A DNA stretch of 64,000 bases from assembly GCA_964359655.1 (NCBI GenBank), contig CAYHVI010000001.1:3164-67163 (forward strand). Reading direction: 5' to 3'. This DNA is from an uncultured Candidatus Saccharibacteria bacterium (GTDB taxonomy: Bacteria; Patescibacteriota; Minisyncoccia; Minisyncoccales; UBA10102). The stretch's first letter is position 1, and every line of letters starts with the position of its first letter. Positions 54,776-63,406 of this stretch are shown in pieces. The position numbers and the translations under genes are program-made. Below the pieces are notes generated by a model. That model had not been told where the DNA came from. It did no database searches and saw only the letters and a program-made list of their open reading frames with translations.

Positions 54776-55712
54776 GAAGGTCGAACACTCCTTCTGGTGC
54801 TATTTTGCCTGTTTTAAGGTTTTTATCGAGGAGAAACAGTTTTTCGTACAGAGCCTTGAGCTCTTGCAAAGAGAAGTTCTGCGCGACTCGCAATCCTTTC
54901 TTGAGTATGTAGGGATGCAGTTTTGTTTTCTGCAGCATTGCCGCCAAGGAAAGTTTTCTCTCTACTAAATCTTGAATCTGCAGAATGGTTCTGAATTGAT
55001 AGACAAACATACTAAACAAATAGTAAGGCGAATCGCCCTTTTGCAAATGATCATAGAGTAAACGAAAGGCCTGCTTTTTGTTTTTTTGGGCAGCAGCTTC
55101 AATGGTCGAGAACACGTCGGCCTCTGCGCGTGAGGGTACGAGAAGCGCAATATCCGACTCTAACACCTGCGAATCTGTCGAGGACCCCTTCCATGCTGCA
55201 ATTTTTTTAATTTCGCAAGAAAGCTGCCAAAGATTGTTGCCCACTGCCCGGGCCAACATCTCTCGGACGCGCGAAGTTGCCTTGAGATGATAACGCAAAA
55301 ACTCCTGCTCGATCCACGCCTTTAATTGCGCAGGAGGAAGGAGCACAAATTCCTGATGCTTGGCGTTCTTGCAAAGCCACTGATAAAATTTGTTTGTGCC
55401 CTTTGCCTTGATCTCTTCTCGCTCAAACAAAACAACAATGTGGCGTGCGCTTTCTGCCAATTGTTTTCTTCTTTCAAACAGAAATTCCTCAAACTCCTTT
55501 TTTACAAACACATTTTGGAAAATCAGCAACTTTTTGGATTCAAACAGCGAAATGGTCTCTAAAGCATTTTTTGCGTCTTCTACATTTGCCTCCGCGCAAT
55601 CAAACTCTGTAATATGAACCGCACCAAAGTATGTTGTCTGATACTTTGCTTGAATCTCTTTGAGTTTTTGTCGCGCCCGATAGGTATCTGCACCGTGAAG
55701 AAATAAGATCAT
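54759..55712 (-). CDS. holA: DNA polymerase III delta subunit
   Basis: MILFLHGADTYRARQKL… with the typical delta N-terminus and AAA+-like fold. 317 aa. Confidence 0.7.
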   Translation of the reverse strand: MILFLHGADTYRARQKLKEIQAKYQTTYFGAVHITEFDCAEANVEDAKNALETISLFESKKLLIFQNVFVKKEFEEFLFERRKQLAESARHIVVLFEREEIKAKGTNKFYQWLCKNAKHQEFVLLPPAQLKAWIEQEFLRYHLKATSRVREMLARAVGNNLWQLSCEIKKIAAWKGSSTDSQVLESDIALLVPSRAEADVFSTIEAAAQKNKKQAFRLLYDHLQKGDSPYYLFSMFVYQFRTILQIQDLVERKLSLAAMLQKTKLHPYILKKGLRVAQNFSLQELKALYEKLFLLDKNLKTGKIAPEGVFDLLIAQL

Positions 55713-56101
55713 TGAGCTTCTTTGCTCTTTTTTGACATCTCTAAAGCAGCTTTGATCCTGTCTACAATCTCCCCTGGCGTGAAATGCGCCTTAATGAGAT
55801 AATCTTCTGCCCCCAAATCCATTCCTTTTTGCACATCGTCTCTTTGACCGAGGTTAGAGAGAATAATAACAGGTATGGATGCCAAGTTCGGATCTTTCTT
55901 CATGCGACTCAAAACCTCAAATCCATCAATGCCTGGCAAGATAAGATCGAGCAACACGAGATCTGGCTTTTCTTTTTTCATTTTTAAAAGCCCTTCTTCT
56001 CCTTCCGGAGCCTCTGTAACCTCGTACCCTTCCTTTCCTAACTTCTGGATAATGAGCTCTCGCAGAAACTTATCGTCTTCGATGAGTAAAATTTTGTACA
56101 T
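55709..56101 (-). CDS. Stand-alone response-regulator receiver domain protein
   Basis: …ILLIEDD… with the phospho-acceptor Asp in …LVLLDLILPGIDG… and a conserved Lys. There is no output domain. Confidence 0.8.
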   Translation of the reverse strand: MYKILLIEDDKFLRELIIQKLGKEGYEVTEAPEGEEGLLKMKKEKPDLVLLDLILPGIDGFEVLSRMKKDPNLASIPVIILSNLGQRDDVQKGMDLGAEDYLIKAHFTPGEIVDRIKAALEMSKKSKEAQ

Positions 56102-56113
56102 ACACGTGAAATA

Positions 56114-56488
56114 TTATTGTGCTTGACCAATCTGCCGCCGTACTTTTTCTAACACTTCTTGAGGATCAAACTCTGTTTTAATCAACCAGTCGCGAACTCC
56201 CGCTTCCTTTGCTTTTTCAATCTCCGTGGGCTGGCCCGAGTTTGAAATAATAATCACCGGGATTTTTCTCAACTCCTCGTCTTTCCTGATCTCTGACAAT
56301 ACTTCAAAGCCATTCAATCGCGGAAGCACAATGTCTAAAAGCACTAAGTCGGGCTGTTCCTCCCTCATTTGTTTTAAGGCCGCTTCCCCATCCTTTGCCA
56401 CAAACGCATAATAGCCGTCTCCCCTTAGCTTCTTTTGCAGCAAGTCGCCGATCAACTGCTCGTCTTCCACAATGAGAACCTTCTTCAT
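56114..56488 (-). CDS. Stand-alone response-regulator receiver domain protein (tandem paralog)
   Basis: …VLIVEDE… and …LVLLDIVLPRLNG…. Confidence 0.8.
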   Translation of the reverse strand: MKKVLIVEDEQLIGDLLQKKLRGDGYYAFVAKDGEAALKQMREEQPDLVLLDIVLPRLNGFEVLSEIRKDEELRKIPVIIISNSGQPTEIEKAKEAGVRDWLIKTEFDPQEVLEKVRRQIGQAQ

Positions 56489-56531
56489 GCCCTTATTCTA
56501 TCCTATCTCGTTTCTTCCAGCAAGAGAAGGC

Positions 56532-58769
56532 TCAAAAGAGAACTTTTTCCACACCATCCCAGTTTTTTCCTTTTTTCACATCCACTTGTAAGGGTACTTT
56601 GAGCACCAAGATTTTTTCCATGAGCAGCTTGATGGGGCGACTCCTTGCCTCCACTATACCATCTGCAATTTCAAACAACAACTCGTCATGAATCTGCAAG
56701 AGCATGCGTACTTCCTCTTTTGGCGGAGCGAGCTCTTGTTGGATTTTCACCATTGCCATTTTCACTAGGTCTGCAAGACTCCCTTGAATGGGGTGATTCT
56801 GCGCCATGCGTTCTGCCGCGGCGCGCAACTGGGGCGTGCTTGAGTTCACTTCCGGAAGGTATCTCCGCCTTCCAAACATGGTTTCCACATAGCTATGAGT
56901 TCTCGCAAACTCCTTGGTTTTTTCCATATACTCATAGATTTTCGGGAAACGAACAAAGTACTGTTCAATAAAGTCGCGGGCTTTGTCTATAGGAATTCCG
57001 GCAGACTTGGCAAACCCTTGAGCGCCCATGCCGTAGAGCACTCCAAAGTTTAGCGCCTTTGCGGAAAATCGCATCTCGTCAGTCACTTCTTTACTTAAAA
57101 CTCCGAACACCGAGGCAGCCGTCATCTTATGAATATCCTCGCCTGCCTGAAAAAATGAGCGCATCTGCTCATCGCCCGACAAATGGGCAGCAATACGCAG
57201 CTCCATTTGAGAGTAATCAAAAGAAACCAAGGAAAACCCTTTTTCTGCAATAAATCCCCGCCGAATGCGCCTTCCCCATTCCCCCTGTTTGGGAATATTC
57301 TGCAGATTGGGTTGGACAGAAGAGATGCGGCCTGTTGCAGTCCCCAACTGGTCAAAATGGGTATGCACTCTGTCTTTCTCGTCAGCAAGCAAAGGAAGCG
57401 GCCTTGCATACGTGGTGAGAAGCTTTTGAATTTCACGATACTTGAAAAGTTCTTCCACCACTGGATGGCTTTCTCGAAGTTTTTCTAATTCAGGCGAGGC
57501 AGTAGAAATTACGCCTTTTGGAGTTTTTTTCAATCCTTTCACCGGAAGCGCCAAATCTCCAAATAATACTTCAGACAGCTGCTGGGTTGAATTGATATTA
57601 AACTCTTTGCCTGCGTGCTCGTGGATCTTTTCTTTCAAAACATTCAGCGCCCCTTCCATCTCTCGAGAAAGTTTTCCAAAGTATGGTCTGTCGATTTTAA
57701 TCCCGATTTCTTCCATAGTACGCAATATGGGTACCAACTGCTTCTCTAATTTGTAGATTTCCTCTGAAAATACCTGCTCTGCATACAGTTGTTCAATTTT
57801 TTCGAGGGTCATATCGCGTGCGTTTTGTCCTTCAACAATCACAAGCTGCCCCTTTTCTCGAACTTGAACTTTCTTTCTGTCCAATCGCCCCAAGAGCGAC
57901 TGAAATCCAAAACGTTCCAGAACTTCTGTTATTTTTGAAAAATCCTCTTGCCACTCCAAATCTGGCAACCGAAAATCAATGGGCGTGTTTTTTTCAATTG
58001 TTGCCAATTGTTGACTTAAAAATGCTTGATCTTTGTAGTCTTTGAGCAGCTGGAGAATTCGTGGCTTTATTTTCTTTTCTGCCTCTCCACTCTCGAGCGC
58101 AGCATACAGAACCTCCAGAGAATCAAACATATTGAGCAACTCGATCGCGGTTTTCTCGCCAATTCCGGTAACTCCCGGAATATTATCTGAAGGATCTCCG
58201 CGCAACGCTTTGTAATCAATAATTTGTGCAGGCTTTAAACCTCCAAACTTTTTCTCCACTGCTTTCTCGTCATACAGCACTGTGTCTTGAATACCCTTGC
58301 GCATAGTGTACACCCTTGTTTTTTCGTTGATCAATTGAAACGCGTCCTGGTCTCCAGAAACAATAATAATTTCCATTGGAGGATGAACTTGTCTCTGTCC
58401 AGCTAATTTTGCAACAGTTCCTATACAGTCGTCAGCCTCAAATCCTTGCTTTTCATAGGTTGGGATACCGAGCTCTGCGAGCGCTTCTTTCACCAAAGGA
58501 ATTTGCGCATACAATTCATCGGGCGCTTTTGCCCTTTTTGCTTTGTATGCCGCGAATTTCTTTTCTCTCTCGGTTGGTCCTGGCGTATCAAAGGCAGCTG
58601 CGATGTAGTCTGGTTTGAATTCTTTTAACACCTTAAAAAACACCAGAAAAAATCCGTATACCGCATTCACCATTTCTCCTTTGGCCGTGCTCAAAGGCGG
58701 CAAAGCATGATACGCTCTGTGAATCAAAGAATTTGCGTCAATAATCAAAAGTGTTTTCTTCTCTGGCAT
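56532..58769 (-). CDS. polA: DNA polymerase I (5'-3' exonuclease + polymerase domains; 3'-5' exo region reduced)
   Basis: N-terminal 5' nuclease (…LLIIDANSLIHRAYHAL…, …GFEADD…) and C-terminal polymerase motifs A (…DYSQMELRI…), B (…RRxAKxxNFGxxYG…) and C (…QIHDELLFE…). 745 aa. Confidence 0.9.
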   Translation of the reverse strand: MPEKKTLLIIDANSLIHRAYHALPPLSTAKGEMVNAVYGFFLVFFKVLKEFKPDYIAAAFDTPGPTEREKKFAAYKAKRAKAPDELYAQIPLVKEALAELGIPTYEKQGFEADDCIGTVAKLAGQRQVHPPMEIIIVSGDQDAFQLINEKTRVYTMRKGIQDTVLYDEKAVEKKFGGLKPAQIIDYKALRGDPSDNIPGVTGIGEKTAIELLNMFDSLEVLYAALESGEAEKKIKPRILQLLKDYKDQAFLSQQLATIEKNTPIDFRLPDLEWQEDFSKITEVLERFGFQSLLGRLDRKKVQVREKGQLVIVEGQNARDMTLEKIEQLYAEQVFSEEIYKLEKQLVPILRTMEEIGIKIDRPYFGKLSREMEGALNVLKEKIHEHAGKEFNINSTQQLSEVLFGDLALPVKGLKKTPKGVISTASPELEKLRESHPVVEELFKYREIQKLLTTYARPLPLLADEKDRVHTHFDQLGTATGRISSVQPNLQNIPKQGEWGRRIRRGFIAEKGFSLVSFDYSQMELRIAAHLSGDEQMRSFFQAGEDIHKMTAASVFGVLSKEVTDEMRFSAKALNFGVLYGMGAQGFAKSAGIPIDKARDFIEQYFVRFPKIYEYMEKTKEFARTHSYVETMFGRRRYLPEVNSSTPQLRAAAERMAQNHPIQGSLADLVKMAMVKIQQELAPPKEEVRMLLQIHDELLFEIADGIVEARSRPIKLLMEKILVLKVPLQVDVKKGKNWDGVEKVLF

Positions 58770-58789
58770 AGTTTATTAATAGTAACACA

Positions 58790-59215
58790 CTACCCGTTTT
58801 CGATATTTACCATGTAGGTTTCGAGAAATTTCTGGATTGCCTGAATGGTTGCATCTTTCACTTTTGGATTACTTTGAGCAACCCAAACTGCAAAATTGTA
58901 CAGTTCTTGGTTATCCAGCTTGATCCATTTTTTGTTTTTATACAAAAGAAAGAGAAGTGTTGTAACAGCAATGCGTTTGTTCCCATTTTGAAAAGGGTGA
59001 TTTTTAATCATCAAGTAAAAAAGAACAGAGGCTTTTGCTACAAGCCCTTTATACGCCGCTTTCCCACTAAACGATTGAAATGGGGCGCCAAGACAACTTT
59101 CAAGAACATTTGGAAATCGAGTAGAAAAATCGGGAATGGGTTCATCCCATGCCATCGATTCTTGTGCCAATCGGTGAGCAACATATTCAACCTCTTGAAC
59201 CATCAATTGCTTCAT
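58790..59215 (-). CDS. doc: Doc-family (Fic-fold) toxin
   Basis: Doc motif HPFQNGNKR (H-x-F-x-N-G-N-K-R). 141 aa. Its start overlaps the upstream HTH gene by 4 nt. Confidence 0.75.
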   Translation of the reverse strand: MKQLMVQEVEYVAHRLAQESMAWDEPIPDFSTRFPNVLESCLGAPFQSFSGKAAYKGLVAKASVLFYLMIKNHPFQNGNKRIAVTTLLFLLYKNKKWIKLDNQELYNFAVWVAQSNPKVKDATIQAIQKFLETYMVNIENG

Positions 59216-59466
59216 TCTCTTCCCAAAAGTCGGAGTGCTTCCCCATATTCATGCACCGTCTTCTCTACCGCTTCGGCAATAACCCTTTTCCCGTCTTTGG
59301 TAAGCTGTCCACTTATTTCAACGGGGAGATCGGCTTTTCTAATAATATAATTACGCCCAATTTTTTGAGCTTTAATCTCTCCCGACTTAATCTTCTTGAA
59401 AATCGCTATACGGCTAACCCTAAGGAGCTTTGCAACTTCGCTTGTAGTGAAAATATCCTTTCCCAT
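59212..59466 (-). CDS. HTH (MerR/excisionase-like) DNA-binding protein, putative antitoxin for Doc
   Basis: …FTTSEVAKLLRVSRIAIFKKIKSGEIKAQKIGRNYIIRKADL… 84 aa with an ATGA overlap to doc. Confidence 0.6.
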   Translation of the reverse strand: MGKDIFTTSEVAKLLRVSRIAIFKKIKSGEIKAQKIGRNYIIRKADLPVEISGQLTKDGKRVIAEAVEKTVHEYGEALRLLGRE

Positions 59467-59479
59467 TACCTTAGCATAT

Positions 59480-59530
59480 CGCTTGTTAACCCACTTGTCA
59501 ACGGTTAACCTATGTTAACTGCGGTGGGAT
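59480..59530. promoter_or_regulatory. TA promoter/operator region with three GTTAAC palindromic hexamers nested in a CCCAC…GTGGG inverted repeat
   Basis: cttGTTAACccacttgtcaacgGTTAACctatGTTAACtgcggtggg. Confidence 0.4.
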
Positions 59531-59538
59531 TTGTACCT

Positions 59539-60042
59539 CTACAAAAAAGAAATTCTACGTTCGTTTTCTTTTGTGATTTCAAAAGAGATGGAAACTGTGT
59601 CTTTTGGAAGGATTTTTTGTATTCGCTCTGGCCATTCAATGAGGATTAAATTTTGAGGGTCGGACACAATCTTGTCCCATCCGAGCGAAAGAAGATCTTG
59701 TTCGTCTTTGATTCGGTAGCAATCAATGTGATACAAACACCCAAAATCCGAATATCGAATATCGAAATTCGAAACGTGTTTGGCTTTTCGTTTTGTTTCG
59801 GATTTCGTGCTTCGGATTTCGTATTTTTTGATAATAACAAATGTGGGAGAAAGAATTTTTTCTTGAATACCCAAACCTCGAGCAAATCCTTGTACAAAGG
59901 TAGTTTTTCCGCTACCTAAATTGCCCTTTAACCCAACGACAAGTGCATCTTTACACTTTCTATGATGCTCAAGTATATCGCAAGCAAACTTTCCTGCAAA
60001 ATGTTGTGTTTCTTTCGCAGAGGAACTTAAAAGAGTCTTCAT
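59539..60042 (-). CDS. tsaE: tRNA threonylcarbamoyladenosine biosynthesis protein TsaE, with in-frame repeat insertion
   Basis: P-loop GNLGSGKTTF and a …LYHIDCYRI… motif. The ~25-aa insert …EIRSTKSETKRKAKHVSNFDIRYSDFG… is encoded by TCGGATTTCG-type repeats. Confidence 0.8.
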   Translation of the reverse strand: MKTLLSSSAKETQHFAGKFACDILEHHRKCKDALVVGLKGNLGSGKTTFVQGFARGLGIQEKILSPTFVIIKKYEIRSTKSETKRKAKHVSNFDIRYSDFGCLYHIDCYRIKDEQDLLSLGWDKIVSDPQNLILIEWPERIQKILPKDTVSISFEITKENERRISFL

Positions 60043-60093
60043 ATCCCAGAATACATCTTTGACTTTTCTCTATAGATTAGCTACGGTGAAACC

Positions 60094-60891
60094 ATGAATG
60101 TAGCGCAGCTTCTTGAAAAATCAAAAACTATTTCTCTTGTTCTTCCTTTTGGAGCTCAACAAAGCGACACGCAAACAGCATTTTTGCTTGCGTGTGGTTT
60201 GAAGAAACTCGGCAAGCAGGTTTCTATTGAACATATCCAAACACCTCTCTTGGCCTCCTCTTTGAAAGAAAAAACTTTTGTTGTTTCTCTCAAGGGGCTT
60301 GCTCCCTGGATTGCGAGAGTGCGCTATGAAAAGGATGCCCAGGATCTTAAGCTTTATTTTACCTTAAACCAAGGAGAAGTTTCTCCAGAAGCTCTTTCTT
60401 TTCAAATGCAGGACCAAGCAGATCTTACTATTATTGTAGGAGATAAAGCTCTCCAAAACAATAACAGCCAACCCTTATCTGCGACCGTGCTTTCAGCAAG
60501 TGAAACGAAAGAACCGTTGCTCAACCTTCTTTGCTCTCAAGAAAACCCGCAGACAAAACTTTTGGGAGCAATCTTATCAAACCTCGAATACATTTCTCAT
60601 TTAGATACCCACCTTACTATTCTCCGTCAGGAAAATCTCCGGAACATACGCGTAGAATCGAAAAACCTTCCTCTTTTAGTCCCTGAATTACGAGAAAGTT
60701 TTGGTGATCAATGCTCATATCTTTTCCTTCTTGGCTCTCTTTTGGGGGCACAGGGCGTTCTATGGAGTCCTTCACCACAACTTAGAGCAAAGGTTCGCGA
60801 TATTGCCGGAGGGCAACAAAAAGGACCTTGGGTTCTCCTCCATCCCACTCCTTTATCAAGTGAACAACTTAAATATGCCTTCCTCTCCTAA
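60094..60891 (+). CDS. Hypothetical protein (265 aa), possibly degenerate DHH-like
   Basis: ORF. The N-terminal pattern loosely recalls NrnA-like proteins but lacks the DHH motif. Confidence 0.3.
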   Translation: MNVAQLLEKSKTISLVLPFGAQQSDTQTAFLLACGLKKLGKQVSIEHIQTPLLASSLKEKTFVVSLKGLAPWIARVRYEKDAQDLKLYFTLNQGEVSPEALSFQMQDQADLTIIVGDKALQNNNSQPLSATVLSASETKEPLLNLLCSQENPQTKLLGAILSNLEYISHLDTHLTILRQENLRNIRVESKNLPLLVPELRESFGDQCSYLFLLGSLLGAQGVLWSPSPQLRAKVRDIAGGQQKGPWVLLHPTPLSSEQLKYAFLS

Positions 60892-62224
60892 CTCCATCTT
60901 CCAAGCAACTGAAGAAAAAGGGCGAGAACAGCTTACCGGGCAAATCCAAATTCCTTCTTCTTTGGTCAAAGAAGTGCGTGCCGCCGTGCAGAACCTTGCC
61001 CAACTCAAGGAAAAACTTACGGGAGTGGCGCCAGAGGGAGTTACGAATTTCTTGCATATCTTATTGATTGCGAGTCTATCTCTTCAAGCCTCTGACGCGC
61101 ATATTGAACCAGAAGAAGACGAAGCAAAAATTAGACTTCGCATTGACGGACTCCTTCACGATTTAATCAACCTTTCTCTTCCTGTCTACGAAGCTCTACT
61201 TTCGCGCATTAAGCTTACATCTCGGATCAAGCTCAATATTTCAGATAAGCCGCAAGATGGAAGGTTTTCTTTTATTCTTGGAGAGGACCTCGTGGAGGCG
61301 CGCGTTGCCACACTTCCCGCAGAATACGGAGAAGCTGTGGTGCTCCGCGTGCTCAACCCTAAAAACTTAATTGAATTGGGCGCATTAGGCTTGCGGCCAG
61401 AAATTCTCCAGACCATAAGAAAAGAGCTCCAGAGGCCCAATGGCATGATAGCTGCGACCGGCCCCACAGGCTCTGGAAAAACCACAACGTTGTATGCTTT
61501 TTTAAAAGAAATTCAGAAACCGGAAATTAAAATTATCACCATTGAAGATCCTATCGAGTATCACTTGGAGGGAATTTCTCAAACCCAGGTTCATCCAGAA
61601 AAGGGATACGACTTTGCCTCGGGGCTCTCCGCAATTGTCCGCCAAGACCCTGACGCTATCTTGGTAGGAGAAATTCGCGACAAAGCAACTGCCCAAATCG
61701 CGCTTCAGGCAGCGCTCACTGGACACCTTGTACTTTCTACCCTTCATACCAACGATGCTCCAGGCACTATCTCCCGCCTCACCAGCTTGGGAGCTGAACC
61801 CCTGAATATTGGGGCAGCTTCAAACATGATTATTGGACAGCGTTTGGTTAGAAAAGTCTGCGCTCGTTGTACCATATTTACCAAAGCCACTGTCGCAGAG
61901 CTCGCGCAAATCAAAAAAGACCTTCAAAAATTAAAAGAGGCCCAGTTTTCTGCCCCTCCCCAAACCCTTAAGCTTGCGAGGCCGCAAGGTTGCGAGGAGT
62001 GCAATGCAACCGGCTACAGAGGACGGATTGGGGTGTTTGAGGTTATTATTGTGGACAGCGCCATGGAAGAATTTATTCTCCAAAAACCTTCAGCTTCTGC
62101 ACTGCGTAAGTTTGCGATAAAACAAGGAATGACTCCTATGTACCAAGATGGGCTTTTAAAAGTGATCCAGGGACTGACCACTTTAGAGGAGTTGATTCGG
62201 ATCATAGGAAAAGAAAAAACATAA
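60875..62224 (+). CDS. pilB: Type II/IV secretion-system ATPase (PilB/GspE-like)
   Basis: Walker A GPTGSGKTTT, Asp box, Walker B and His box, plus a C-terminal tetracysteine (…CARC…CEEC…). I take the start at the internal Met (ATG at 60875). Confidence 0.8.
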   Translation: MPSSPNSIFQATEEKGREQLTGQIQIPSSLVKEVRAAVQNLAQLKEKLTGVAPEGVTNFLHILLIASLSLQASDAHIEPEEDEAKIRLRIDGLLHDLINLSLPVYEALLSRIKLTSRIKLNISDKPQDGRFSFILGEDLVEARVATLPAEYGEAVVLRVLNPKNLIELGALGLRPEILQTIRKELQRPNGMIAATGPTGSGKTTTLYAFLKEIQKPEIKIITIEDPIEYHLEGISQTQVHPEKGYDFASGLSAIVRQDPDAILVGEIRDKATAQIALQAALTGHLVLSTLHTNDAPGTISRLTSLGAEPLNIGAASNMIIGQRLVRKVCARCTIFTKATVAELAQIKKDLQKLKEAQFSAPPQTLKLARPQGCEECNATGYRGRIGVFEVIIVDSAMEEFILQKPSASALRKFAIKQGMTPMYQDGLLKVIQGLTTLEELIRIIGKEKT

Positions 62225-62228
62225 TAAC

Positions 62229-62352
62229 CCCTCCAAGCTGGGGATCATTTGGTGTTCGGAACGCAAATGTGGAGTTATCTTGAGAAATAGCTCAGCATTA
62301 CCCGTGCTACCCTTCAAATGATAATTCCAGATCCCCAGCTTGGAGGGGTTAT
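62229..62352. repeat. MITE-like element / long hairpin: 22-bp perfect terminal inverted repeats TAACCCCTCCAAGCTGGGGATC … GATCCCCAGCTTGGAGGGGTTA flanking ~80 bp
   Basis: Direct sequence comparison. Each arm also contains the palindrome CCAGCTGG. The element lies between pilB and ruvB. Confidence 0.55.
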
Positions 62353-62402
62353 TACCAAAGATAGGACATGTCCTATTGTTTCTTATTATAAACCACAACA
62401 AA

Positions 62403-63395
62403 ATGTTTGTCAAGAGTCTCCGAGAGGAAATATTAGACAGGAGTCTTCGTCCCCGTAGATGGGACGAGTATCTAGGACAAGAAAGGGTGAAGAGTAACCT
62501 CAAAGTTATTATTGAGGCTGCAAAAAAACGTTCAGAACCACTTGAGCACCTTCTTTTTTACGGAAGTCCAGGGCTCGGGAAAACAACCCTTGCTTATGTT
62601 ATTGCGCATGAGTTGGGCGCGCAGATAAAAACTTGCACTGGCCCGACACTGGAAAAAGCAGGCGATCTTGCCTCTCTTCTCACCAATCTGGAAGACGGAG
62701 ACATTCTCTTTTTAGATGAGTGCCATAGGATGGGAAAGTCAGTCATGGAAATGCTGTATTCGGCTTTAGAGGAGTTCCAGCTCCATCTTATCATGGGAAA
62801 GGGGCCTATGGCTCGCACCATGGATCTTGACCTTCCCCGCTTCACCCTTATTGCCGCCACCACGCGCATGGCCTTGTTGCCATCCCCTTTTCGAAATCGA
62901 TTTGGGGCAATTTTCCAACTTCAGTTCTACGCTCAAAAAGAAATTGAACAAATCCTTCGACGTTCCTCCTCGCTCTTGCAAATTCCCGTTGACGAAGATG
63001 CGCTTTCCCTCATCTCCGTACGATCACGTTACACTCCACGCATTGCAAACCGAATTCTAAAAAGAGTGCGGGACTTTGCAACGATCGAAGGATCAAGTAC
63101 AATTACAAGAGAAATCGCGCAAAAAGCTTTTGCGTTTTTGGAAATTGATGAGCTGGGGTTGGAACCTGCAGATCGGAAGATTCTCGAAACCCTTATCGTT
63201 AAGTTCCTAGGAGGACCCGTTGGAATTCAAACGTTGGCGGCAGCGGTATCAGAAGAAGAAGACACGATCTTAGACTTGTATGAACCTTACCTCCTGCAAC
63301 TCGGGCTTTTGGAAAGAACTCCGCGTGGCAGGGTTGCAACTCCCTTAGCCTGGCGCCATCTTCACTTATCTTCTTCTCAAACAGAATTACTCTAA
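62403..63395 (+). CDS. ruvB: Holliday junction ATP-dependent DNA helicase RuvB
   Basis: …LRPRRWDEYLGQERVK…, Walker A GSPGLGKTTLA, Walker B …ILFLDECHRM… and a winged-helix C-terminus. Confidence 0.92.
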   Translation: MFVKSLREEILDRSLRPRRWDEYLGQERVKSNLKVIIEAAKKRSEPLEHLLFYGSPGLGKTTLAYVIAHELGAQIKTCTGPTLEKAGDLASLLTNLEDGDILFLDECHRMGKSVMEMLYSALEEFQLHLIMGKGPMARTMDLDLPRFTLIAATTRMALLPSPFRNRFGAIFQLQFYAQKEIEQILRRSSSLLQIPVDEDALSLISVRSRYTPRIANRILKRVRDFATIEGSSTITREIAQKAFAFLEIDELGLEPADRKILETLIVKFLGGPVGIQTLAAAVSEEEDTILDLYEPYLLQLGLLERTPRGRVATPLAWRHLHLSSSQTELL

Positions 63396-63406
63396 TCTTA
63401 AATCTT

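Noticed and set aside
60094-60891. The 265-aa ORF upstream of pilB as a nanoRNase (NrnA/DHH phosphoesterase).
   Set aside because: The N-terminal spacing of small residues loosely resembles NrnA, but the DHH and GGGH motifs are absent, so I leave it as a hypothetical protein.
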